From: Clostridia bacterium
Lineage (GTDB): Bacteria; Bacillota; Clostridia; Oscillospirales; CAG-272
Assembly (NCBI GenBank): GCA_017461055.1
Contig: JAFTZI010000027.1
Span: forward strand, 6,423-70,422
Direction: 5' to 3'
DNA length: 64,000 bases
The notes beneath the pieces are model-generated. The model saw only the letters and a list, made by a program, of their open reading frames with translations, was not told the origin of the DNA and did no database searches. Made by a program: the position numbers and the translations under genes. Shown here in pieces: positions 18,621 to 29,315 of this stretch (position 1 is the stretch's first letter; the number at the start of each line of letters is the position of its first letter).

Positions 18621-20282
18621 TTATCTGTTTATAATTGCGCCTTTATCGGCTGATGAAACCATTTTAGCATATCTCTTAAGATAGCCTGTTATGTTTTCCT
18701 TTTTCTTTATTGGCATTTCGGACTTACGCTTATTAAGCTCGTCGTCTGAAACCTTAAGCTCTATCTTATATTCCGGAATGTTGATTGAAATAATATCTCC
18801 ATCCTTAACGTAAGCGATTGTACCGCCGCTTACAGCCTCGGGGGAAACGTGGCCTATGGAAGCGCCTCTTGTCGCACCCGAGAAGCGTCCGTCTGTAATC
18901 AAGGCTACATCCTTATCAAGTCCCATTCCTGCAATTGCAGAGGTTGGTGAGAGCATTTCTCTCATACCCGGTCCACCGCTTGGCCCCTCGTAACGAATAA
19001 CCACAACGTCACCCTTTACGATTTTGCCCGCGTAGATGGCTTCAATTGCCTCTTCCTCGCTTTCATATACCTTAGCAGGTCCCTCGTGCACAAGCATTTC
19101 GGGAGCAACAGCACTTCTCTTAACCACGCATCCGTCAGGAGCTAAGTTACCCTTAAGCACTGCTATACCGCCTGTTTTGGTAAACGGGTTATCTATGGGT
19201 CTTATGGTTTGTGGGTCTTTATTAACAGCATTTTCAATATTCTCACCAAGGGTTTTGCCTGTTACTGTCATAACGCTTGTATCTAAAAGACCTAACCTTG
19301 TCAGCTCCTTCAATACTGCGTAGACACCGCCTGCCTCATTTAAATCCTCCATATATGTAGGACCCGCAGGTGCTAAGTGACAAAGGTTTGGTGTTTTTTC
19401 GCTGATTACATTAACATCATCAAGATTAAAGTCAACACCGCATTCATTGGCTATTGCAGGTAGATGCAGCATACTGTTTGTTGAGCAGCCAAGAGCCATA
19501 TCAGCTGTTATAGCATTTTGAATTGCGCTCTTAGTCATAATATCTTTTGGTCTTATGTTCTTTCTTACAAGCTCCATAACCTGCATTCCTGCGTGCTTTG
19601 CAAGCTCAATTCTTGCTGAATATACAGCAGGGATTGTGCCATTGCCCTGTAAGCCCATTCCGAGAACCTCTGTTAAGCAGTTCATTGAATTGGCTGTATA
19701 CATACCTGAGCAAGAGCCACAGGTTGGGCAAGCCTTGTTTTCAAATTCGCAAAGTCCGCAGTCATCAAGTGTGCCTGCCTTATATGAGCCAACTGCCTCA
19801 AACATACTGGAAAGGCTTGTTTTGTGACCGTCAACTCTACCTGCGAGCATTGGTCCGCCGCTTACAAATACTGTCGGAATGTTCAGTCTTGCCGCTGCCA
19901 TTAAAAGGCCCGGCACGTTCTTGTCACAGTTTGGTATCATAACAAGACCGTCAAAGCCATGTGCCATTACCATTGCCTCTGTTGAGTCGGCAATTAAGTC
20001 TCTTGTAACAAGCGAATACTTCATTCCCACGTGTCCCATAGCAATGCCGTCGCATACTGCGATTGCCGGGAACATAATGGGTGTTCCGCCTGCCATTGCT
20101 ACACCAAGCTTTACAGCCTGTGTAATTTTATCAAGGTTCATATGTCCCGGAACTATCTCGTTATATGAGCTTACAATACCGATTAATGGACGGTCAAGCT
20201 CCTCCTTGGTTAAGCCAAGAGCCTTATAAAGAGAACGGTGTGGGGCATTGTGTGAACCGTTAACTATTGTATCTTTTATCAT
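18621..20282 (-). CDS. ilvD: Dihydroxy-acid dehydratase
   Basis: ILVD/EDD family ([19 protein letters not shown]). Start set at ATG 20282 (RBS GGTGAGG); the ORF-track TTG start lies inside a hairpin. Confidence 0.95.
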   Translation of the reverse strand: MIKDTIVNGSHNAPHRSLYKALGLTKEELDRPLIGIVSSYNEIVPGHMNLDKITQAVKLGVAMAGGTPIMFPAIAVCDGIAMGHVGMKYSLVTRDLIADSTEAMVMAHGFDGLVMIPNCDKNVPGLLMAAARLNIPTVFVSGGPMLAGRVDGHKTSLSSMFEAVGSYKAGTLDDCGLCEFENKACPTCGSCSGMYTANSMNCLTEVLGMGLQGNGTIPAVYSARIELAKHAGMQVMELVRKNIRPKDIMTKSAIQNAITADMALGCSTNSMLHLPAIANECGVDFNLDDVNVISEKTPNLCHLAPAGPTYMEDLNEAGGVYAVLKELTRLGLLDTSVMTVTGKTLGENIENAVNKDPQTIRPIDNPFTKTGGIAVLKGNLAPDGCVVKRSAVAPEMLVHEGPAKVYESEEEAIEAIYAGKIVKGDVVVIRYEGPSGGPGMREMLSPTSAIAGMGLDKDVALITDGRFSGATRGASIGHVSPEAVSGGTIAYVKDGDIISINIPEYKIELKVSDDELNKRKSEMPIKKKENITGYLKRYAKMVSSADKGAIINR

Positions 20283-20293
20283 TGCGTACCTCA

Positions 20294-20327
20294 CCGTAGG
20301 CGGCAAGGTTAAGCCCTTGCCCTACGG
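20294..20327 (-). promoter_or_regulatory. Strong intercistronic hairpin between ilvC and ilvD, abutting the ilvD RBS
   Basis: CCGTAGG-GCAAGG-loop-CCTTGC-CCTACGG: 13 bp in two stacked helices with a 2-nt bulge. Confidence 0.45.
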
Positions 20328-20341
20328 ATTTCGTATAATTA

Positions 20342-21907
<1,566 letters not shown>

Positions 21908-21911
<4 letters not shown>

Positions 21912-23599
21912 TTCTTGTCCTCCTCTATTTTAACGATAATATCATCGATTGAGCCACCCGGTGGGAGCATCGGAAGAACGAATTCATCCTTGTCAATCAA
22001 GGTATCGATAACAACAGGTCTGCCCAAGGTAATTGCCTTTTTGAAGGCATCTTCAAACTGATCAATTGTATCAGCCTTCATACCAACTGCACCAAACGCC
22101 TCGGCAAGCTTTACAAAATCGGTTCTTCTTTGAAGCACTGTGTTTGAAAACCTCTTTTGGAAGAATAAATTCTGCCACTGTCTTACCATACCGAGAACTC
22201 CGTTGTTCATAAGAACTATAACAACGGGAATATTGTATGTAACTGCTGTTGCAAGCTCGTTCAGGTTCATACCGAAGCTACCGTCGCCTGTGATTAATAT
22301 TGTGGGGTCATTTGTAGCAACTAAAGCGCCCATTGCGGCGCCTAAACCGAAGCCCATTGTTCCAAGACCGCCGCTTGACACAAAGCGTCTTGTTGTATCG
22401 AATTTGGAGTATTGAGCAGCCCACATCTGATGCTGACCAACGTCGGTTGTAATTATTGTGTGAGGAAGCTTGTTTTCATTGATGACATCAAATATCATTT
22501 TAGGAGTCATTCTATCTCCTGCCATTTGAGCGGCCCTTTGTGCGATAGCCTCTTCCTTTTCCTTAAGCTCCATTACAGCCTTTTCCCAGCTGATATTTTT
22601 TCTTGCATCGCACTTTTCGGCTATTCTTAAGAAAGCATCACGAACGTCGGCAATTATGCCTAAATCTACGTTTACGTTCTTGTTAATTTCTGCAAAGTCG
22701 GGGTCTAACTGAATAATTTTTGTTGTTTTTGCAAATTTTGCAACATTACCTGTAGCTCTGTCACTGAAGCGAACACCGACACCGATAATAAGGTCTGCTT
22801 CCTTTTGCGCCATTGAGGATGCGAAGTGACCGTGCATACCCTGCATTCCCAAAAATCTGTCGCAATTGTCCGGAACTGCTGAAAGACCCATAAAGGTACA
22901 ACCGATGCAAGCATCAATCTTTTCAGCAAAATTTATAATTTCCTGTCCCATACCAAGACCTGCGGCACCGCCACCAATGTAGATATACGGTCTTTTGGAC
23001 TCGTTTATAAGCTTTACAGCCTCGTCGATTGACTCCTCGTCCGCCTTTGGAAGCGGGATTTTCGGAACTGCCGGCTGTGGCTCATACTCATATGTTGCCA
23101 CCTGCACGTCCTTTGGAACGTCAACGAGAACCGGTCCGGGTCTTCCCGATTTGGCAATTTGGAACGCCTCACGAATGGAGTCAGCCAAATCCTCGATTTT
23201 GTTTACAAAGTAGTTGTGCTTTGTAATCGGGAGTGTAATACCTGTAATGTCTATCTCCTGGAAGCTGTCCTTACCAATCAAGCTGCAAGGAACGTTACCA
23301 GTAATTGCTACCATTGGAATAGAGTCAAGCATTGCTGTTGCAATACCTGTTACCAGGTTTGTAGCACCGGGGCCTGAGGTTGCGATACATACGCCAACCT
23401 TGCCTGTTGCTCTTGAATAACCGTCCGCTGCGTGAGCAGCACCCTGCTCGTGGGCGGTTAATATGTGATTTATTTCATCCTGATATTTGTAGAGGGCATC
23501 ATAAATATTGATAACCTGTCCACCGGGATAACCGAAAACATCTGTTGTGCCTTGCTCAATTAAGGTTCTTATAATAATTTCTGCACCTGTTAATTTCAT
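21908..23599 (-). CDS. ilvB: Acetolactate synthase large subunit
   Basis: ThDP enzyme (GYPGG, GLGTMGFGL, GDGSFGMN). Start at ATG 23599 with an AAAGGAG RBS. Confidence 0.9.
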
Positions 23600-23617
23600 A
23601 CACAAAGCTCCTTTTCT

Positions 23618-25279
23618 TTATTTTTTGGAAAGCATTATATTAATAGCGCTTACCAAAGCCTTGATTGAAGCAACGATAATATCGCTGTCAATGCCTGCTC
23701 CATAATATGCTTTGCCATTACCTGTAATGCTTACATATGATGCAGCCAAGGAGGTTGTTTTACCTTCTAAGGCGTGCTGAGTATAATTTTCAAAGACATA
23801 GTCTATTCCAGTTGACTGCTTAATTGCATTGGAAACTGCATCAAGTCTGCCGTTTCCTTGGGAAATAACAGTTTGCTTCTTTCCGTTATAGACTATTTCG
23901 CACCTTGCCTCACGTCCGCCCTCAATAGCGGTGAAGGTTGCATTTTCAACATCTACTGTTGTGGAAACATTTACAAAGTCGCGAACAAAGATATCGTAGA
24001 CCTCTTTAGGCTGAAGCTCTCTGTGCTCGTGGTCTGAAATGCTCTTTACGTGATAACCGAAGGCTTCTCTCATTTTTGGTGGGAGGTTGTGGTTAAACTG
24101 AGTTTCAAGAATATAACCGATACCGCCCTTACCTGACTGAGAGTTAATACGAATAACATCTGCCTCGTAAATTCTGCCAACATCCGTTGGGTCGATAGGA
24201 AGATACGGTACATCCCAGACTCGTTCCTTTTCCTGTCTGTATTTCATTCCCTTTGCAATTGCGTCCTGATGCGAGCCACTGAAAGCGGCGAAAACAAGCT
24301 GACCGCTATATGGCTGTCTTTCATAAACGTGCATTCTTGTAACCTTTTCATAAACCTCGGTAATTTCGGGAAGGTTAGAAAAGTCAAGACCCGGGTCGAT
24401 GCCCTGTGAGTACATATTTAAGGCAAGAGTGATTATATCAACATTACCTGTTCTTTCACCGTTACCGAAAAGAGTTCCCTCAATACGGTCACCGCCTGCC
24501 AAAAGTCCCATTTCACTGTCGGCTACTGCGCAGCCTCTGTCATTATGAGGATGGAGAGAAATTATTATATTTTCTCTGTTCTTTAGGTTTTTGCACATAT
24601 ATTCAACCTGATTTGCGTATACGTGCGGCATAGAATGTGACACGGTAACAGGCAAATTGATAATTACCTTATTATCAGGTGTTGGGTTCCAGATGGAAAT
24701 TACCTCATTACAAATTTCAGCGGCAAACTCCGGCTCTGTACCTGTAAAGCTTTCGGGTGAATACTCAAAGGTGACATTCCCTTTAGCATTTGCCTTATAT
24801 TTGTTGCAAAGATTTGCACCGAATTTAGCAATTTCGATTATTTCCTCCTTGCTCTTTTTGAACACCTGCTCGCGTTGAGCAACAGAGGTAGAATTATATA
24901 GGTGGACTACTGCGTGCTTTGCACCGTCAATAGCCTCAAAGGTTTTTGCAATAATATGCTCTCTTGATTGAGTAAGAACCTGAATTGTTACATCGTCAGG
25001 AATTAAATTCTCATCAATCAGCTTGCGACAAAACTCGTATTCAGTTTCAGAGGCGGCGGGAAAGCCAATTTCAATCTCCTTAAAGCCCACCTTACACAAA
25101 AGCTTGAAAAACTCAAGTTTTTCTTCAAGGCTCATAGGGATTATAAGCGCTTGGTTTCCGTCTCTTAGGTCTACGCTACACCAAATTGGCGGCTTTGAGA
25201 TAGAATCCTTTTTCACCCAATCCATTGTTACACCCTGTGGGGTGAAGAATTGCTTAGAGTACTTTTCACAGTTTTTCAT
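23618..25279 (-). CDS. leuA: 2-isopropylmalate synthase (long form)
   Basis: DLRDGNQ and HPHNDRG metal-site motifs plus a C-terminal LeuA dimerisation/regulatory domain. Start at ATG 25279 (RBS AAGGAAAA). Confidence 0.9.
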   Translation of the reverse strand: MKNCEKYSKQFFTPQGVTMDWVKKDSISKPPIWCSVDLRDGNQALIIPMSLEEKLEFFKLLCKVGFKEIEIGFPAASETEYEFCRKLIDENLIPDDVTIQVLTQSREHIIAKTFEAIDGAKHAVVHLYNSTSVAQREQVFKKSKEEIIEIAKFGANLCNKYKANAKGNVTFEYSPESFTGTEPEFAAEICNEVISIWNPTPDNKVIINLPVTVSHSMPHVYANQVEYMCKNLKNRENIIISLHPHNDRGCAVADSEMGLLAGGDRIEGTLFGNGERTGNVDIITLALNMYSQGIDPGLDFSNLPEITEVYEKVTRMHVYERQPYSGQLVFAAFSGSHQDAIAKGMKYRQEKERVWDVPYLPIDPTDVGRIYEADVIRINSQSGKGGIGYILETQFNHNLPPKMREAFGYHVKSISDHEHRELQPKEVYDIFVRDFVNVSTTVDVENATFTAIEGGREARCEIVYNGKKQTVISQGNGRLDAVSNAIKQSTGIDYVFENYTQHALEGKTTSLAASYVSITGNGKAYYGAGIDSDIIVASIKALVSAINIMLSKK

Positions 25280-25339
25280 TGTTTTTTCCTTTCTTACGGG
25301 TTCATTTTGTTCCGTCAAAATAAAAATAGCCTCTTATAT

Positions 25340-25592
25340 ACAACAGCAAAAAAATGCCTATGTATAAAGAGACGAAGATATTCTCCGTGGTACCACTCTA
25401 CTTGACGAAACACGCCCACTCTTTCTGTCTATCAACAGATTTGCTCTGTAACGGGAGCTCCCGACTAAGCCTACTTATTTTCGGTTAGCGACTCCGAGAT
25501 GAGTATGCCATACCTCCTATGCTGTTTTACACCAACCAACAGCTCTCTGTAATACTCAATATGGCCTTGTTCTCTTCACCGTCTTTATATAT
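25340..25592 (-). promoter_or_regulatory. T-box leader (tRNA-sensing riboswitch), probable Leu specifier, controlling leaA-first operon leuA-ilv-leu
   Basis: The minus strand carries Stem-I elements (AGAGAG ... GGTGTAAAA) and a candidate specifier CUC followed by A (25503-25500). The conserved T-box sequence AGTGGTACCACGG lies at 25385-25398. A terminator helix ACGGAGAATATCTTCGT (25388-25372) overlaps the T-box 3' half and is followed by CTCTTTAT. Confidence 0.8.
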
Positions 25593-25599
25593 ATTTAGT

Positions 25600-25628
25600 A
25601 TTTTATTATATTTATTATGATTTGTCAA
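25600..25628 (-). promoter_or_regulatory. Promoter of the T-box leader (TTGACA-17-TAAAAT)
   Basis: On the minus strand: TTGACA at 25628-25623, a 17-nt spacer, TAAAAT at 25605-25600. Confidence 0.5.
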
Positions 25629-25710
25629 TAGTTTTTTGAAACTTTATTCAAATATTTTAACATTTTAAAGCGATAAAGCGGATTTATAGGCATTGTTATA
25701 ATAATTTAGT

Positions 25711-25753
25711 AAAAAAAGCAGAGCAAGAATAAAAATTTTTTACTCTTGCTCTG
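25711..25753 (-). terminator. Rho-independent terminator of the foldase-thioredoxin lipoprotein gene
   Basis: On the minus strand: CAGAGCAAGA-loop-TCTTGCTCTG followed by CTTTTTTT. Confidence 0.8.
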
Positions 25754-25768
25754 ATAATTTATGATATT

Positions 25769-27451
25769 TTATTCGGCGGTTACAATGCCTAACTCTACTA
25801 ATACTGCTACAAGCGCATCATACCTGAGCGCACCTGTGTGCTGATAAATAATTATGCCCTTTTCGTCCAAAATGACTGTATAAGGATAGCCTGTTCCGCC
25901 ACCTAATGCGGTGTAGTAAACCTCTCCGCTGTACTCGTCGTTTGGATCAAAATAATAATCCTTTAGGAAAACCATATCGGAGTCCTTATAGTTTTCAAGA
26001 ACATACTCGCTTGCATCCTTGTAGCCCTGTGCGGAATGGACTGCATAAACGGTTAATATGTCCTTATACTCGGTTGCAACTCTGTCAAAATACGGTAGCT
26101 CGTTTTTGCAAGGAACGCACCAAGTGCCCCAGAAATTGAGCACAGTATACTTACCAATGTTTTTGCTTGGGTCGATTGTTGTTCCCAAGGAACCGTTTTC
26201 ATCAAAAATTTCTATTTCAAAGCTTGGGCAAAGATCTCCTATGGAATCTCCTTCTGTAAGTCCTGCTCTTTCAGCCAACACCTCTGTTATGGATGTGTAG
26301 GTCTTTGCTTTTTCCTTTATTTGAACAAGTCTTGGGAGTATATCCTCTACAAGACTGTCTATTACAGCCTTATAAATGTAATCTGCTCCTAAGCTTTCAA
26401 CAAATGCTTTTGCTGCCTCGGTTGCCTTGGCTTCATCCAAGCCACCGTTGGTCATATAATAGTCCTTATAGTAGGTGAGCAGGGATGCCTTTTCGTTTGC
26501 TATCATTTGAGGGGTCACCTCAAGTGCTTGCGCCTGCGCGATAGCGTAATATATCATTTCTGACTTCATTTCAGCCTTGATATATTCCTCTCTTGTTTGA
26601 CCGTAGGTGCTTAACAAGTAGCTATCAAAGCTGATACCTGTCTGCGCCTCGTACATTTCTGCAATTTCTTCAAGGTCTGCAAACTTTTGATTATATTCCT
26701 TTTCCGGATAGCTTATAACTGTGGCATTGTCCTTCAAATATTTAATTATACTGTCTAAGGCTAAGCCTCGTTTAAGGCTGTCCTCAAAATCAACTGTGTT
26801 ATCATATTCGCTAAAATATGTGCTTACAAATGTATTATTGTATACAGGCGCTTCAAATATATCGTTCAAAATAATCTCAAATATAACCGTTTCACCTGCT
26901 AAATCACTTTGGAAATAATCATTCGGGAAGGTTGCAAATATCTCCTTAATTTCGCCTATTTGCATTCCTACAATTCCTCTTTCAAACTCCTTGATTGACA
27001 AGCCTGCGCCAAGATATACACCGTAGCTTTCGCTTTCGTTGAATATAACGGGCTTACCATCCTCATACAGAATTTCATTATTTTCATCTAAGCGATAGCC
27101 TATGTAGGAAACGTTAACTACATCTCCCTGCATACATATTGTTTTCTTTGACTTAACTGCTTTTTCAAGAATATATGAGTCGATTAGCTGTTGAACATAG
27201 TCAAGCTCAATTTCAACCCGATGCTCTTGATAATTTGGAAGAGTGATATACTCCTTTAAATCGTAGTCATATTTTGTATTTGTTACCTTGTTGTCGTCGT
27301 TTCCGTTATTGTTTTCATCATCCTTATTGTTATTATTAAGGCTTGACTGTGTGCTTGAATTTGGCTCATTCGGTGTTTGCTCATCGTTACAAGAAACAAG
27401 CACCGCTACAAGCATAGACAAGCAAAGCAATAGCGCTAAAAATCTTTTCAT
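25769..27451 (-). CDS. Lipoprotein combining a trigger-factor/PrsA-like PPIase-chaperone region with a C-terminal TlpA-like thioredoxin domain
   Basis: Lipobox (LVS-C) and an N/D-rich linker. FKBP/trigger-factor-like block (GDVVNVSYIGY...GAGLSIKEFERGIVGMQIGE). Helical chaperone-like middle region. C-terminal thioredoxin fold with WGTWCVPC. Confidence 0.65.
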   Translation of the reverse strand: MKRFLALLLCLSMLVAVLVSCNDEQTPNEPNSSTQSSLNNNNKDDENNNGNDDNKVTNTKYDYDLKEYITLPNYQEHRVEIELDYVQQLIDSYILEKAVKSKKTICMQGDVVNVSYIGYRLDENNEILYEDGKPVIFNESESYGVYLGAGLSIKEFERGIVGMQIGEIKEIFATFPNDYFQSDLAGETVIFEIILNDIFEAPVYNNTFVSTYFSEYDNTVDFEDSLKRGLALDSIIKYLKDNATVISYPEKEYNQKFADLEEIAEMYEAQTGISFDSYLLSTYGQTREEYIKAEMKSEMIYYAIAQAQALEVTPQMIANEKASLLTYYKDYYMTNGGLDEAKATEAAKAFVESLGADYIYKAVIDSLVEDILPRLVQIKEKAKTYTSITEVLAERAGLTEGDSIGDLCPSFEIEIFDENGSLGTTIDPSKNIGKYTVLNFWGTWCVPCKNELPYFDRVATEYKDILTVYAVHSAQGYKDASEYVLENYKDSDMVFLKDYYFDPNDEYSGEVYYTALGGGTGYPYTVILDEKGIIIYQHTGALRYDALVAVLVELGIVTAE

Positions 27452-27511
27452 TTAGGTTTCCTCCGTATTAGTATAATCATATTCTAACACTTTTAATGTG
27501 ATTTTGCAACT

Positions 27512-27549
27512 ATAATTTAAGAAGCAACCGAAATGCACTCGGTTGCTTC
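27512..27549 (-). terminator. Hairpin terminator after the phosphoglucomutase gene
   Basis: 11-bp stem GAAGCAACCGA / TCGGTTGCTTC with a weak U-tract. Confidence 0.55.
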
Positions 27550-27557
27550 TCTGTTAA

Positions 27558-29234
27558 TTATGCGTTGATTATTGAATTTATTACGTCCTGACGTGCCTTT
27601 AACACCTTTTCGGCATCCTGCTTGTTCTCGCCCTTTACAGAGTAATAAACCTTAATTTTAGGCTCTGTGCCCGATGGACGGATAGCAATCCAAGAGGAGT
27701 CCTCAAATACAAACTTAAGTACGTCTGCCTTTGGAAGATCGTCGATGCCTACTGTATAGTCATTAACAAGAGCAATATTTGGCATTAAAGCTTTGCCCTT
27801 TTCTCTCATTTCCTTCATAATTGCCTGTATTCTTTCAACACCGTCAATTCCCTTTAAGGTGTAAGAGTCAAGCTTGTCAAGGAAATATCCGTATTTTGCG
27901 TATATTTCCTCCATTACATCTACTAAGGTCTTGCCTTGATTCTTGTAGTAGCTTGCCATTTCGCAAATGAGCATTGACGCAACAACAGCATCCTTATCTC
28001 TTGCGTGGTCACCTACAAGATAGCCGTAGCTTTCCTCATAGCCGATTACAAAGCTACCGTCACCTGTTTTGTCAAAGCGATTCATAATATCGCCTATAAA
28101 CTTAAAGCCTGTTAAAACCTCACAAACCTTAAGACCATTCATTTTTGCGATAATTGCACCAAGCTCACTTGTTACAATTGTCTTGATTACGGTTGAGCCT
28201 TCGTTAAGCTGCGCCTTGTTCATTTTAATTACGTAATCAACAAGAAGCGCTCCTACCTGGTTACCTGTAAACAGCTTCATACCGTCCTTGGTATTAACTG
28301 CAATACCTACACGGTCGCAGTCAGGGTCTGTACCTAAAATAAGGTCTGCGCCTATTCCTTTGCAAAGCTCAATTCCTATGCTAAGTGCCTCTGCGTTTTC
28401 GGGGTTTGGAGAAACTACGGTTGGGAAATTGCCGTCCTTTACCTCCTGCTCCTTAACAACCGTTACATCATAGCCAAGGTCAGAAAGAACACGTCTTACA
28501 GGCTTATTACCTGTTCCGTGAAGTGGAGTATATACGATTTTTGCGCTCTTTTTGCCAATTTCGTGAGCTTGCTTTTCAACACTTGCAATAAAGCCCTCAT
28601 AAACGCTTTCGGGAACGCTCTTTAAAAGCCCCTTTTCTCTTGCTTCGTCCTCATCCATTACCTTGATGGCAGGAATATCGGTAATTGCGTTTACATAGCC
28701 GATAATTGCATTTGCATCGTCAATCAAAACCTGACAGCCTGTTTCGTCATAAACCTTATAGCCATTGTATTCCTTTGGGTTGTGGCTTGCAGTTACCACT
28801 ATACCGCCAACACAGTTAAGCGCTCTTACTGTATAGGAAAGAGTTGGGGTTGGCATAAGCTCATCATACAAGAATGCAGGTATTCCACTTTGAGCCATAA
28901 CAAGTGCGGCTTCCTTTGCAAAGGTGTCGGAATTGTTTCTTGAATCATAACCGATTGCAACTCCGCGATTAACCTCGCTACCGTATTTGTCAAGTAAATA
29001 ATTTGCAAAGCCCTTTGTAGCCTTTCTGATTATGTACTTATTCATTCTGTTAGTGCCTGCGCCCATTACGCCTCTTAGTCCGCCTGTGCCAAATTCAAGA
29101 TCTCTCCAAAAGCGATCCTCGATTTCGTCATTTGAAAGATTCGCGCTTAATTCTTCTCTTGTTGCCTTGTCAAATCTTTCATCGGTTTTCCATAGGTTAT
29201 AGGTGTTAAGGATTTCCTGTGATAATTCTTTCAT
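27558..29234 (-). CDS. pgcA: Phosphoglucomutase / phospho-sugar mutase
   Basis: Phosphoserine loop TASHNPKEYNGYKV and Mg site GTDPDCDR. Start at ATG 29234 with an AAGGAGAG RBS. Confidence 0.85.
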   Translation of the reverse strand: MKELSQEILNTYNLWKTDERFDKATREELSANLSNDEIEDRFWRDLEFGTGGLRGVMGAGTNRMNKYIIRKATKGFANYLLDKYGSEVNRGVAIGYDSRNNSDTFAKEAALVMAQSGIPAFLYDELMPTPTLSYTVRALNCVGGIVVTASHNPKEYNGYKVYDETGCQVLIDDANAIIGYVNAITDIPAIKVMDEDEAREKGLLKSVPESVYEGFIASVEKQAHEIGKKSAKIVYTPLHGTGNKPVRRVLSDLGYDVTVVKEQEVKDGNFPTVVSPNPENAEALSIGIELCKGIGADLILGTDPDCDRVGIAVNTKDGMKLFTGNQVGALLVDYVIKMNKAQLNEGSTVIKTIVTSELGAIIAKMNGLKVCEVLTGFKFIGDIMNRFDKTGDGSFVIGYEESYGYLVGDHARDKDAVVASMLICEMASYYKNQGKTLVDVMEEIYAKYGYFLDKLDSYTLKGIDGVERIQAIMKEMREKGKALMPNIALVNDYTVGIDDLPKADVLKFVFEDSSWIAIRPSGTEPKIKVYYSVKGENKQDAEKVLKARQDVINSIINA

Positions 29235-29281
29235 TTCATAGCTCTCCTTGATTTTGATGATTGGGGACAATCCCCTTATAT

Positions 29282-29310
29282 ATTATATAGCAAAACTCGA
29301 AAAAATACAA
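29282..29310 (-). promoter_or_regulatory. Possible internal promoter for pgcA (TTGTAT-17-TATAAT)
   Basis: The boxes lie at 29310-29305 and 29287-29282 on the minus strand, immediately after the aconitase stop codon. Confidence 0.4.
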
Positions 29311-29315
29311 CTGTT

